DNA of 64,000 bases from Planctomycetota bacterium (GCA_965223505.1 CBDCWP010000008.1:110560-174559), one strand, 5' to 3'; shown: positions 36,967 through 46,738, numbered from the stretch's first letter. Numbers and translations: made by a program. Notes: generated by a model not told the origin, from the letters alone.

Positions 36967-37688
36967 GACGAGGACTGTTCCAAGATGCGGTGATGGCTGA
37001 GCGTCAGGACCACGTCGGCGCGCGCGGCGACGGCCGGGTCGTGGGTGACGATCACCACCGTGCGCGGCTCTTCGCTGCACGTGAGCTCGCCGAGGAGGAG
37101 ATCCAGGACGCGCTCGCCGGCATCCTCGTCGAGGTTGCCTGTCGGTTCGTCGGCCAGGATCAGCGGCGGTCCCTTGCAGCACGCACGCGCGACGGCGACG
37201 CGCTGCTGCTCGCCGCCCGACAGCTCGTGCGGAAACCGATGCAGCTTCGACTCCAACCCGACGGCGCTGAGCGCGCCCTCCGCGCGGGCGCGGATCTCGC
37301 TGCGCGCCATGCCGAGAGGCTCGAGCGCCGTCTCGACGTTCTCGCGCACGTTGAGCGTGGGCAGCAGGTTGAAGGCCTGGAAGACGAAGCCGATGCGGCG
37401 GCGCCGAAAGGTGTTCAGCGCGCGTCGTGACAGCGCCGTCAGCTCCGTGTCGTCGACCCGGAGCGAGCCTTCGTCGGGGATGTCGAGACCGCCCATGAGC
37501 GAGAGCAGCGTGGTCTTGCCGGACCCCGACGGGCCCGTGATGGCCGTGATCGAGCCGCGGGGAATCGAGAAGGACGCCCCTTCGAGCACCGGCACGCGCA
37601 GGTCGCCCTCACCGTAGGCAGCATGCAGGTTCTCCGCGACGACGCAGTGGCCATTGGCGGACGCGGACGGGGTCGGGTTCCCATTCAC
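36963..37688 (-). CDS. LolD/MacB-family ABC transporter ATP-binding protein
   Basis: GPSGSGKTT, IGFVFQAFNLLPTL, LSGGEQQRVAVARA, ILADEPTGNLD, VTHD. Confidence 0.95.
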   Translation of the reverse strand: MNGNPTPSASANGHCVVAENLHAAYGEGDLRVPVLEGASFSIPRGSITAITGPSGSGKTTLLSLMGGLDIPDEGSLRVDDTELTALSRRALNTFRRRRIGFVFQAFNLLPTLNVRENVETALEPLGMARSEIRARAEGALSAVGLESKLHRFPHELSGGEQQRVAVARACCKGPPLILADEPTGNLDEDAGERVLDLLLGELTCSEEPRTVVIVTHDPAVAARADVVLTLSHHRILEQSSS

Positions 37689-38025
37689 ACGGCACGTTGT
37701 ACGCCGAAAACCCTGCGAATGCCTGAGAACACGGGCTCATGCGCAGCCGGGGCGCATTCGCGGGGTCTGCGAAGCAGTCTGGGCGGATCTCGGTGCGTCA
37801 GCGCGCTGCGCGAAAAGGAGTCGGCGGCAACTTTCTGGAGAAAAGGGGAAATGTGTGGAATGAGAAGGAAAGTTTTACGCTATCGAGCAACCGCCAACTC
37901 CAAGCTGTCGCTCCGACCGGGTCCGTCCGGGCCGGCCCCGCACGGCCGGGTGCGAGTGCACCTCTTGGCACCCGAAGAAACAAACCCCACGGCCACCAAT
38001 CTCACACCCTAACGACCCGAAGTTA

Positions 38026-38208
38026 GCGGAAGACTGCTTGTTTCGACAGGGGATCGAAGGCCCTACAAACGGCATACGACTGAATCGACCAATCGGGGTC
38101 GACGGCCGCGGGCGCCGGAATTCGACGCGAGAAACCCCATTGTTGGCCCTTCCCGCCCGACGTGCGTTTGTTGAACACCGCCGCGACCCCTTGAAACAGG
38201 GCATCTGC
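38026..38208 (+). ncRNA. Candidate rod-shaped structured ncRNA (~183 nt, possibly 6S RNA)
   Basis: Nested complementary segments: GCGGA/TCTGC, TGCTTGTTTC/GAAACAGGGCA, AGGGGATCG/CGACCCCT, ACAAACGGCA/TGCGTTTGT, CCAATCGGGGT/ACCCCATTGTTGG, with internal bubbles; G-U wobbles favour the + strand; lies in an ~800-bp intergenic gap. Confidence 0.5.
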
Positions 38209-38501
38209 TTGATCCCCAACGAGTTGTGTGCGCAAGGCGACGACGCCTCACACGGTTGTTGGCCGCCATGGGCACGTCAGTGCCCGTTTCCGGGGGGCTT
38301 GCGGGCGGGTGCTTCGGCGTCCCCGGATGTTCACGGACTCTTAAGACGCCCCCGGCGCGGGCCGTAGGACCCCGGAATTCGGATCCCATTCCAGCTTGAT
38401 GGGTCCGGATGTCGATACGGAGGCGGGACCTTTGCGGCATGTGGCCCGTCCGATGGAGGGCGGGGTGCGGCCGTCGTGAGCCCGAAACAGCAAGGGAACA
38501 C

Positions 38502-40229
38502 ATGCGGCTTTGGATTGCGTTCATATTGTTCGCGGCTCTGATCGGCGTCGTCCTCGGCGTGATCGAGAAGAACGGTCGTGAGGACGAGGCGTCCGCGGAC
38601 GCCGAACCTCCGATGCCCGTCGAAACGGCTGCGGTGGTGCAACCCGGCAAGCTCTCGCTGGCGGCCGTCGACACGCGAATGACACCCGTGGCCGACCTCG
38701 ATCTCGTCGTCCGCGACGCGAACGGCGAAGACATCGTCGAGCTCCGCACGGACGCCGCCGGAAGAGCGTTCGCCGAGGACATGCCGCTCGAGCCGCTGAC
38801 CGTCTACGCCCCCTCCCTGCGCCGCGACGTCGGCACGGCCGATCTGACCAGCGGCTCGAAGACGGTTACGCTCGACATTCCGGCGGTTCGCAAGCTGCTC
38901 GTGTGCTTGCGGGTCGATGGGTGCAAGGCCGTGCCCGCCGATCTGGATATCCACGTGAGCGGCGGAACGGTGCTCTCCAAGGCGCCCGGCGAGGAACATG
39001 GATCCGTCGCGATCACCACGCGGCCCTTCCGGAGCGCTGGCAACGTCGAAGTGCTGTTGAAGGGCTGCGGGATCAAGCCGCAGCGCGTCGTACTCGGACC
39101 CGACGCCGTCTCTCAGCATTGGCCCTTGCAGATCGAGACGTCGCACGCGCTGTCGCTCGAGGTCACGCCGCCGAAGGACGGGGTCTACCAGCTCGAGGTC
39201 CACCGCTATGACGCGCTTGCGGGCGTCTGGACGTATGCGACCGCGGTCGAGACGGCCGAAGGCGGCGCCGCGACACCCGGCCTGCACCGGTTCGAGCGCC
39301 TGCGTCGAGGACGGTATCGAGTGCTCGATTTGCGCAGTGGCCTGTTGACGAGGCCGATCGAGCTCGGCGCGAGCGCGAGCGCGAACGCGAAGCTGGAGTT
39401 CGACCTGAGCGACGTGGTCGCGATCCGCGGGCGCGTCACGACCGGCAAGGCCGACGTCGACGGCGCGCGCATCCTCGTTAGCGGCGCGGTCGACAGTCTG
39501 CATCCGTATGCGCGGCACGGCTTTCCGGTCCTGCGCACGGGCGCGTTCCAGGCGCGAGTGCGTGCCGGCGCTCCCTTCACCCTCACACCGTGGCATCCGT
39601 TGCTCACACCGGCCGAGGTCGGTGGTTCGTACACCGGATCCTCGGCGCCCGAGGATCTCGAGCTTTCGATGGAGATGGGGCCGCAGGTCGTCTTCAGCCT
39701 GGATCCGGCCCAGGTGACGAGCTCGCGCTATCGCGAGCGGCGGTTCCGCGTCTATGCGTATCGGCCGGGCGGCAAGAAGCCTGTCGCGGTCTGCGAGCCG
39801 CAGCCGATGCCCGGCGCAGAGGAAGCCGGCACCTACCGCTTCGGCGGCATCCGACTGGGAAGTTACACGTTCGTGTTTCACGTTCCCGGTCACCCGCCCC
39901 TCACGCAAGCGGACGTGTTCGTCGAGGGCAGCACGGTGTCGCTGGGCACGTTGCGGTTGAAACCGGGCGCCCACATCCAGGTCAACTTCGCGGTCGAGCC
40001 CGGACGAAGAGTGCCCGCGATCAAGATGCGTGCGGTGTCGATGAAGGATCCGCGGTACGTGCGCGAGACGAAGGGCGACGGCCGTCGCACGAGCTTCTTG
40101 AAGGGGCTGGGAAACGGCACCTTCGCCGTCTCCTTCGTGGACGAGAAGGGCCGCCCGGTTGCGTCGTCGCAGAAGGTCGAGATCAAGAACGACCAGCCGG
40201 TGACGATCATGGTGGATCTGCGCGAGTAG
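38502..40229 (+). CDS. Membrane-anchored protein with carboxypeptidase-regulatory-like (beta-sandwich) repeats
   Basis: N-terminal TM MRLWIAFILFAALIGVVLG; RTDAAGRA, HRFERLRRGRYRV, IRGRVT, YRFGGIRLGSYTF, LKGLGNGTFAV repeats. Confidence 0.8.
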   Translation: MRLWIAFILFAALIGVVLGVIEKNGREDEASADAEPPMPVETAAVVQPGKLSLAAVDTRMTPVADLDLVVRDANGEDIVELRTDAAGRAFAEDMPLEPLTVYAPSLRRDVGTADLTSGSKTVTLDIPAVRKLLVCLRVDGCKAVPADLDIHVSGGTVLSKAPGEEHGSVAITTRPFRSAGNVEVLLKGCGIKPQRVVLGPDAVSQHWPLQIETSHALSLEVTPPKDGVYQLEVHRYDALAGVWTYATAVETAEGGAATPGLHRFERLRRGRYRVLDLRSGLLTRPIELGASASANAKLEFDLSDVVAIRGRVTTGKADVDGARILVSGAVDSLHPYARHGFPVLRTGAFQARVRAGAPFTLTPWHPLLTPAEVGGSYTGSSAPEDLELSMEMGPQVVFSLDPAQVTSSRYRERRFRVYAYRPGGKKPVAVCEPQPMPGAEEAGTYRFGGIRLGSYTFVFHVPGHPPLTQADVFVEGSTVSLGTLRLKPGAHIQVNFAVEPGRRVPAIKMRAVSMKDPRYVRETKGDGRRTSFLKGLGNGTFAVSFVDEKGRPVASSQKVEIKNDQPVTIMVDLRE

Positions 40230-40276
40230 TTCCCGCGGCTGGGTTTCCTGCGTAGGCTGGCGAGCGCGAACTGCGC

Positions 40277-40353
40277 GGGCCTGTAGCTCAGCTGGTTAGA
40301 GCAGGGGACTCATAATCCTTTGGTCGGAGGTTCGAGTCCTCCCGGGCCCACCA
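40277..40353 (+). tRNA. tRNA with CAT anticodon, most likely tRNA-Ile2 (lysidine-modified)
   Basis: Acceptor GGGCCTG/CGGGCCC-A-CCA, D-arm GCTC...GAGC, anticodon arm GGGGA-CTCATAA-TCCTT, T-arm GGAGG-TTCGAGT-CCTCC; the GACTCATAATC...TTGGTCG context resembles E. coli ileX rather than Met tRNAs. Confidence 0.93.
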
Positions 40354-40407
40354 CTCTCTCGCGCCGGTTCGTAGCCGTTCGGTCCAGGCGATGGCCGCTT
40401 CGAGCCC

Positions 40408-41110
40408 GTGCCGCTTCTCGAACGCTTCCCTGCTTCACCGTGGCTCGCCCTGTTGGGAACGGTGCTCGCTAGGTGCCCGGCGTACCCCCGCGGGACTCTG
40501 GCATGGGGCCCGAAGGAGGCGCGACAACCGCAGATGGGTCGCGTGTTGTCCTTCTCCGGAGATGGGCTACCGGGGCGCACACGCTCGTTACGTCCATGGT
40601 TACGACTACACCTGGCTCAAGATCGACCGGGATAGCAACGCGATTGTCGTGCTCGATCACCCTGGTGTCAGTCCGTTCCGCCCGCTGAGTGATCCGGCGG
40701 TAGTGAAGGCAGCCAACGAGATGTGGATGGAGTTGGATCAACTGCCCGCGCTACGGGGGCGACCACCTGTCACGTTGTTCATTGACTCGTTCTACGCTGG
40801 TTGGGCCCGGAAGAAGCCATTGGATCACATTCCGGCAGCGTACCCGATAGCCGTGTTTGATCAGATCCATGCGCACGGACAGGGTGTGAAAGTGCCGCTG
40901 CTCTATGAGCTTCGCCTCGACCTGCCCGCGCCGGCGCACCTGCGACCCGCGCCACCCGGGTCGCCGCGCCCACTTCTTGTCCTGCTGATCTGCATCGGCG
41001 TCGGCGGTCTCGCAACCTTCGCCGTGCTCAGCGGCCGGCGAGTGCCTGTGCGGCGTGGCGCCCAACCACGCATGCGGAGCCGTCGGAAAAAACCCGGTAC
41101 GGTACGATGA
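40408..41110 (+). pseudogene. Possibly frameshifted exported or membrane protein with atypical codon usage
   Basis: Signal-like start (MPLLERFPASPWLALLGTVLA) in one frame; protein-like body (YVHGYDYTWLKIDRD...) and C-terminal TM plus basic tail in another frame; lower GC. Confidence 0.35.
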
Positions 41111-41451
41111 CGCCGTCGTCGCCGGATGCGGCCGGTTGGGGAGGCTTACGTGAAATTGTCGTGTTGGGCCGTACTGTTCACCGCGGCGTTGTTCGCAGCC
41201 GTCTCGATTCCGCGTCGGGTGGCCCGACGAGGCCGTCGGAAGAAACCCGGTACCGTATGACGGTCAGCTCCGGAAGTAGGCCGCCACCAGCAGGAGCGTC
41301 GCAACCGCCAGCACGACACCGAACCACTCCGTACGATTCATTCGGCAGAATCGACTCGAAACCTCGTTCGACATGACGTTCTCCACGGCGACCGTCCCGC
41401 CGCCATATGGGTAGGACGCAAAGCCGCCGCGCAATTGACCGACGTTCTCGA

Positions 41452-42459
41452 TCAACGCCCCGGCAGCGAGACCGCAAGCAGTTCGACGTCGTCCGTCGCG
41501 GCCGCCCACGCGTGCGGTCTCCCCGCCGGGACCACGAACGCGTCGCCCGGCTCCAAGCGTTCCGTGGACGTCTCTCCCAACCGAAGCGTCAGCCCGCCCG
41601 CCAGCACGAATCCGAACGATAGTTCCAAGTCGTGCGACCGGGGCTCGCGCTCGATCGTCTCTCGGGTGCGCCGCATCACCCGAACGTCCGCCAGCCCGCC
41701 GGTCGCATCGTGAATACCCGTGTCGCGGCACTCGAACCCGCCGACGCCGGAAGGCGACCACGTAGCCGACGCAGCCCCGTGTCTCACGAAACGCTGTCCG
41801 TCGAACGAGCGATCGCCGGCCACGGTGTTCGTCGGCAACGCGAGCTCGTGATCGAGACACGTCGGATGTCGCGCGGGACACGCCAGCTCGACGACCTCCA
41901 GTCCGGCCGACGCCTCGAGCACGCGATGACGGATCTTCGGCGGCTGCAGGACGCAGTCCCCGGCGCGCAACGTGAACGGCGGGCCCTGGTCCTCGTAGAC
42001 CACCGTCACCCAGCCGTTGACGCAGTAGATCGTCTGGAACCGGACGTCGTGGAAGTGGACGTCGTCCGGAACCGGGCCGCCGCTCTCGATGCGAATGTGC
42101 GACGCGACGAAGCGCCCGCCCTGCCGATCCGGAATCAAGTCGCGATAGCGCATCCCCGCCCGACCGGTCTTCCACGCCGCGTCGTCATTGCGCGTCACCA
42201 CCAGCGACGGCGCAAGTGCCGGCACGTGCGGCCCCTCCGTGAGCATGCGGAGCGACGCGTCCGCGTCGTCGTGCGCCTCGCTTTGCAGAACGAGCGCGAG
42301 CCCGTGGCTCGAGACCAGTGCAACGGACGGGTCGTCCGCCGGCGCGATCGCGTCGAGGCGAAACCCGAGTCGTTCACGGAAGAAGCGCAGCGCCTCGTTG
42401 ATGTCGGGGCACGGAACGATCGATAGGTTGCTCGACGCGTCGGTGTTCGTTACGGCCAC
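41452..42459 (-). CDS. VOC/glyoxalase-like N-terminus plus cupin domains
   Basis: PDINEALRFFRERLGFRL; VPDDVHFHDVRFQTIYCVNGWV.VVYEDQG...GDCVLQPPKIRHRV; second cupin HDLELSFGFVLAG...GDAFVVP..PH. Confidence 0.82.
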   Translation of the reverse strand: MAVTNTDASSNLSIVPCPDINEALRFFRERLGFRLDAIAPADDPSVALVSSHGLALVLQSEAHDDADASLRMLTEGPHVPALAPSLVVTRNDDAAWKTGRAGMRYRDLIPDRQGGRFVASHIRIESGGPVPDDVHFHDVRFQTIYCVNGWVTVVYEDQGPPFTLRAGDCVLQPPKIRHRVLEASAGLEVVELACPARHPTCLDHELALPTNTVAGDRSFDGQRFVRHGAASATWSPSGVGGFECRDTGIHDATGGLADVRVMRRTRETIEREPRSHDLELSFGFVLAGGLTLRLGETSTERLEPGDAFVVPAGRPHAWAAATDDVELLAVSLPGR

Positions 42460-43007
42460 AGCCAGCCGAACGTGCCGGCCGTCACGAGGGCGTACACGAG
42501 CCCGTCGAAGAGGAACTTGCAGGTCGCGCTCCAGGGCGCGCCCTTCCAGACCGAGTCGAGAATGGCGCCGACGCCGTAGCCGAGAAACGCCACCGTTCCC
42601 GTGATTCGGAACACGTCCATGTAGTTCGCGCCGTCGCCGAGCGCGAAGCGCGCCAGGTACGCGGCGAAGATCCCGATGAGCAGGCAGTACAGGAACCACT
42701 GCAAGAGGCTCTTACCCATGCTCGGGACGCCCGAGGGCTTCACGGTCATGAACCCGACGGGGCCGAGCTTGCACTTCTCGATGAACTCCGGGTTCTCACA
42801 GTCCTTCATCGACTCGGCGCCCGGGAACATGTATTGGCCCGGCTTCAGGCCATGGTTGCGCATCTGCTCCAACACGTCGTCTTCACCGGGCATCTTCTGA
42901 TACTCGCCCTTGTGAATCTGAAGAACCATGTGGATGAGCGAGCTCGCGATGAACACGAACACCGCAGAGAGCAGGATGGGCAGCCACAGCGCCGTCAAGA
43001 ATTCCAT
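42450..43007 (-). CDS. Conserved hypothetical membrane protein
   Basis: GGAGG SD; LWLPILLSAVFVFIASSLIHMV, PGQYMFP, GPVG, final FGWLWP; about 4 TM segments. Confidence 0.85.
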   Translation of the reverse strand: MEFLTALWLPILLSAVFVFIASSLIHMVLQIHKGEYQKMPGEDDVLEQMRNHGLKPGQYMFPGAESMKDCENPEFIEKCKLGPVGFMTVKPSGVPSMGKSLLQWFLYCLLIGIFAAYLARFALGDGANYMDVFRITGTVAFLGYGVGAILDSVWKGAPWSATCKFLFDGLVYALVTAGTFGWLWP

Positions 43008-43176
43008 TACCAACCTCCCGATACGCCGGCGACCCCTCCCCAGACCGGGAGCCGGAGCATAGCCAACGCAGGGCGGGGTATCAAAGCGCCTCTTCGAACC
43101 CGGCGACTTCCGGCGACGGAATCAAGTGGCTGCTCGCGCCTCATGACGAGTCGAGCCGCCAAACGGCGTCGCGACG

Positions 43177-43716
43177 CTACGACTCGTAGTAGTTCATGCT
43201 GACGCTCACGATCTTGCGCTCGTCCGTCAGGACGCTTCGAAGAACGTCCTCCAGCACCTTGCCCTTCGAAAGCCGCACGTAGCACGCCGGCCGGTCATTG
43301 GCGTCGAAGCGTTTGTCGATCTCGAACCCGTGACGCCTTCCCATCGCGACGACGTCCCGCCTCGTGACGCCCGGTTCGACGTGCAGGCCGAAGCTGTTCC
43401 GCGCGTAGCCCGCCTTCGCGTCCTTCGGCGTGGGCTCGAGGCCCCGCAGGAGCGCCGCCACCATGTCGATGCGCCGCGTGCGAATCGTCCCGAACGGCGT
43501 GATGCGCACGGCGCCGGCGCGCTCGAGCGGCGCGATCGCCTTCCGGCCCTGCTCGAACAGCGCCTTCGTGGCGCGCAGGCGGACCCTGCCGTCTTCGGCG
43601 GTCAGGTCCCGGACCAGGGCGTCCCAGTCCGGCTTCGGCTCCTCCGCCTCGAGCGCCGCCGGGCACGCAAGCACCGCGATCAGGGTGATCCAACCCGCCA
43701 GCCGTCGTCCACGCAT
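43177..43716 (-). CDS. Hypothetical secreted protein with a HEAT-like segment
   Basis: GGAG SD; signal peptide ending LEA-EE; LVRDLTAEDGRVRLRATKALFEQG...AIAPL. Confidence 0.7.
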   Translation of the reverse strand: MRGRRLAGWITLIAVLACPAALEAEEPKPDWDALVRDLTAEDGRVRLRATKALFEQGRKAIAPLERAGAVRITPFGTIRTRRIDMVAALLRGLEPTPKDAKAGYARNSFGLHVEPGVTRRDVVAMGRRHGFEIDKRFDANDRPACYVRLSKGKVLEDVLRSVLTDERKIVSVSMNYYES

Positions 43717-44203
43717 CGGTTCGTCTCCGTTCGTCCCCGGATTGGACACCCACGGGCCGCGCGGGTTCGGGCCGATCGCGCGGATCGCGTCTCGCGACGG
43801 ATTGGCGCGGCCGACGGCACTCCGTGCGCTCGCGCACGGTTCGAGGGAATTCTCGGCGCCTGCCATGCGTCCTTGCAAGTGCAAGGCGTACGCCCGCAGG
43901 TGGTTAGGGATTCGAAGCGAGGTCGGTTCGCGACTTGCGGGTAGGTGCGCGCGGAGGTGCAGGAATGGCCCGGTGCGGCACGCAACCACGAACCTCGACA
44001 GTTGGCGGTGTGTGCCCGTGCCCGAAGGGTGGTCCAGACGGCGGGGGCGCACGGCGCGTCGGCCGGGCCATCCCTGCTCTTCCGTCTAGCCGCTCCTGCT
44101 GAGGCCCGGACGGTGCGATCTCGAGAACCCCCAGGGCCGCACCCATCCCGGTTGGGGGCGGAATGACAGGGACTTCGCGCTACCGTCGTGGCGGAGGTCC
44201 GCC

Positions 44204-44662
44204 ATGCGACATCGCGCCGTGCTCGCCGTTCTGCTCGCTCTCGTCTTCGCCGGGTGTGGCGACGTGTCACCGTCGCCGGCCCGGTCGATCGTCCGGACCG
44301 ACGCCGCGCCCAAGGCCATCGGGCCCTACAGCCAGGCGGTCCGCGTGGGCGACACGCTCTACTGCTCGGGCCAGATCGCGATCGATCCCGCGACGAGCAA
44401 GATGATCGACGGCGACGCGGCGGCCCAGGCGCGACGCGTCCTCGAGAACCTGGGCGCGGTCCTGAAGGCGGGCGGCGCGGACTTCGGCGACGTCGTGCGC
44501 GCGACCGTGTACGTGAGCGACATGGCGGACTACAAGGCGGTCAACGCGGTGTACGCGGAGTACTTCTCGGAGGCCAAGCCCGCCCGCGCCGCCGTTCAGG
44601 TCGCGCGGCTGCCGCTCGACGCCAAGGTCGAGATCTCCTGCATCGCGGTCCTGAGCGACTGA
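44204..44662 (+). CDS. RidA/YjgF-family protein with an N-terminal lipoprotein signal
   Basis: APKAIGPYSQAV, LYCSGQI.IDP, VNAVYAEYF...PARAAVQVARLP..AKVEI; N-terminal MRHRAVLAVLLALVFAG-C. Confidence 0.92.
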   Translation: MRHRAVLAVLLALVFAGCGDVSPSPARSIVRTDAAPKAIGPYSQAVRVGDTLYCSGQIAIDPATSKMIDGDAAAQARRVLENLGAVLKAGGADFGDVVRATVYVSDMADYKAVNAVYAEYFSEAKPARAAVQVARLPLDAKVEISCIAVLSD

Positions 44663-44684
44663 CGCCTCGCGTACGCTGCCCCCC

Positions 44685-45326
44685 ATGCCGGCCCACCCGC
44701 CCCGCGACGCAGGTCCCGTACTCGCTGCACTGGTTCACAAGCTCGGCTCGCCGCTGGGCGCCGTCGCGAACTACGCCTATCTGCTCGAGGGCGGCGTCGT
44801 GCCCGACGCGCTCGAAGGCATCCAAGGCGGGGTGGGCCGGGTGAAGACGCTGCTCGAAGGGGCGCGCCGTTGGCTCGACGGCGTCGACCCAAAGCCCGGC
44901 TCCCTGACCGCCGACGAGGCCGTCGCCGCGCTCGAACGCGCGGCGGATGCCCAAAGGCGTTCCCTCTCGCTCGACATTCGGGCCTTGCCCGCGCTCGCGG
45001 TCGGGGTCGATACCTGGGTCCTCCTGGGTTCGGAGCTGCTCGCCAACGCGGCGCAGGCCGGTGACCGCGCCGCGGTCGTCGTCGACGGGGCGGTCCGAGA
45101 CGGCGTCGCCCGCGTCTCGTTTCGCGACGACGGGCCCGGCTGGAGCGGCGCGGACGCGGAGCGCGCCTTCGGCTACTTCGTGACGTTGGACCCCGAGTCG
45201 CCCCGGGCCGGCATGGGCCTCTCGATCGTCGCGGACCTCGCGAAGGCCTGCGGAGGCCAGGCCTGGGGCGCACCCCGAACGAATGGGGGCGCCGTCGTCC
45301 ACATCGAGCTTCCTGCGGGCAACTGA
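44685..45326 (+). CDS. Sensor-less histidine kinase-like protein (HisKA plus HATPase)
   Basis: LVHKLGSPLG H-box, ELLANA N-box, DDGPG, GMGLSIV, GGAVVHIELP. Confidence 0.8.
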   Translation: MPAHPPRDAGPVLAALVHKLGSPLGAVANYAYLLEGGVVPDALEGIQGGVGRVKTLLEGARRWLDGVDPKPGSLTADEAVAALERAADAQRRSLSLDIRALPALAVGVDTWVLLGSELLANAAQAGDRAAVVVDGAVRDGVARVSFRDDGPGWSGADAERAFGYFVTLDPESPRAGMGLSIVADLAKACGGQAWGAPRTNGGAVVHIELPAGN

Positions 45327-45361
45327 CCCCTCGGGCCGGGGGTTGGCGGTAGCGTGGGGGG

Positions 45362-46738
45362 ATGGCTTCCGCTTCCCTGCCGCTGGCGCTCGTCGTCGAG
45401 GACGACACCGCGTTCCGCACCAGCCTCGCCGCGCTCGTGCGCACCGAGGGGTTCGACGTGCGCGAGGCCGCCAACCTCGCGGACGCCCGCTCCGCGCTCG
45501 ACGAGCGCGAGCCGGACCTGGTCATGCTCGATCTCGAGCTGCCCGACGGGCGCGGCCTCGACCTCAAGCTCTCCGACGCCATTCCGCCGGAGACGCCCTT
45601 CGTGGTCGTCACGGGCGATGCGAGCGCGCAGGCCGCGCGCCTCGCGCTGCGCGAAGGCGCAGCCGACTACCTCACGAAGCCGCTGCAGCCCGGACAGCTC
45701 AAGGCCGTTCTGCACGCGACCCTCGCGAACCGCAAGTTGCGCGACGAGGTGCAAGGGCTTCGCGGGGCGTTGCGCGACGCCGGACGCTTCGGCAGTCTCG
45801 TCGGCCGCTCCGCGCCGATGCAGCGCGTGTACGACCTCATCACGCGCGTCAGCGCGACCGCCGCACCCGTGCTCGTCACCGGGGAGAGCGGAACGGGCAA
45901 GGAGCTGGTGGCCTCGACGATCCACGAGATGAGTCCGCGCAAGTCCGGCGCCTTCGTCGCCGTCAACTGCGGCGCGATTCCCGAGACCTTGATCGAGAGC
46001 AAGCTATTCGGCCACGAGAAAGGCGCGTTCACCGGCGCCGACGCGCGGCACCAGGGCGTGTTCGAACGCGCGGACGGCGGCACGTTGTTCCTCGACGAGA
46101 TCGGCGAGATGCCGATGGAGCTGCAGGTGCGTTTGTTGCGCGTTCTCGAGACGTCGTCGTTCACCCGCGTCGGCGGCACGGAGGAGATTCGTACCGACGT
46201 GCGACTCGTCGCCGCGACGAACCGGGATCCGCGCGAGTCGATCCGCGACGGCCGGTTGCGCGAAGACCTCTTTCACCGGCTCAACGTGTTTCCGATCCAC
46301 CTACCGCCGCTTCGCAAGCGCGAGGGCGACGTCGCCTTGCTCGCGTTGCACTTCCTCGAGAGCCTGAATCGGGCGGAAGGCGAACACAAGCGCTTCAGCT
46401 CTCGCGCACTGTCGCGGTTGGCCGGTGCGGAGTGGACGGGCAACGTGCGCGAGCTCAAGAACGTCGTTCATCGCGCATGGATCTTGACCGCCGGCGACGT
46501 CATCAAGCCCGAGTCGGTGCGCGCGCATGCCGGTACGTACGAGGCGCAGGACGACGACGACGCGGAGCGCATCGAGGTCGTCGTCGGGTCGAGCCTCGCG
46601 GACGCCGAGCGACGCATCGTCCTCGCGACTCTCGCGCATTGCGAAGGGAACAAGCGCAAGACCGCCCGCGTGCTCGGCGTGAGCGCGAAGACGCTCTACA
46701 AGCGGCTCGCCGAGTACGAGGACGGCGCCGCGTCGTAA
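45362..46738 (+). CDS. Sigma54-dependent response regulator (NtrC family)
   Basis: REC domain (VVEDD, LDLELPD, KP), GESGTGKE, FGHEKGAFTGA, LFLDEIGEM, REDLFHRL, GNVRELKN, Fis-type HTH. Confidence 0.96.
   Translation: MASASLPLALVVEDDTAFRTSLAALVRTEGFDVREAANLADARSALDEREPDLVMLDLELPDGRGLDLKLSDAIPPETPFVVVTGDASAQAARLALREGAADYLTKPLQPGQLKAVLHATLANRKLRDEVQGLRGALRDAGRFGSLVGRSAPMQRVYDLITRVSATAAPVLVTGESGTGKELVASTIHEMSPRKSGAFVAVNCGAIPETLIESKLFGHEKGAFTGADARHQGVFERADGGTLFLDEIGEMPMELQVRLLRVLETSSFTRVGGTEEIRTDVRLVAATNRDPRESIRDGRLREDLFHRLNVFPIHLPPLRKREGDVALLALHFLESLNRAEGEHKRFSSRALSRLAGAEWTGNVRELKNVVHRAWILTAGDVIKPESVRAHAGTYEAQDDDDAERIEVVVGSSLADAERRIVLATLAHCEGNKRKTARVLGVSAKTLYKRLAEYEDGAAS

Noticed and set aside
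37965..37982. TTGGCAC as a sigma54 promoter for the rod-shaped RNA
   Set aside because: No GC at the -12 position (sequence continues CCGAAGAAA).
37689..38500. tmRNA, RNase P RNA or SRP RNA in the long intergenic gap (TTTCGACAGGGG at 38041; GAAGGAAAGT at 37864)
   Set aside because: No GGGG 5' end or T-arm/CCA 3' end for tmRNA, no GAGGAAAGTCC plus CAGAA..CGGCTTA pair for RNase P, and no SRP core motif on either strand.
40277..40353. Calling the CAT tRNA initiator or elongator tRNA-Met
   Set aside because: G1-C72 is paired and the anticodon stem lacks the three consecutive G-C pairs next to the loop, so not initiator; overall sequence is closer to tRNA-Ile2. Elongator Met cannot be fully excluded without a covariance model.
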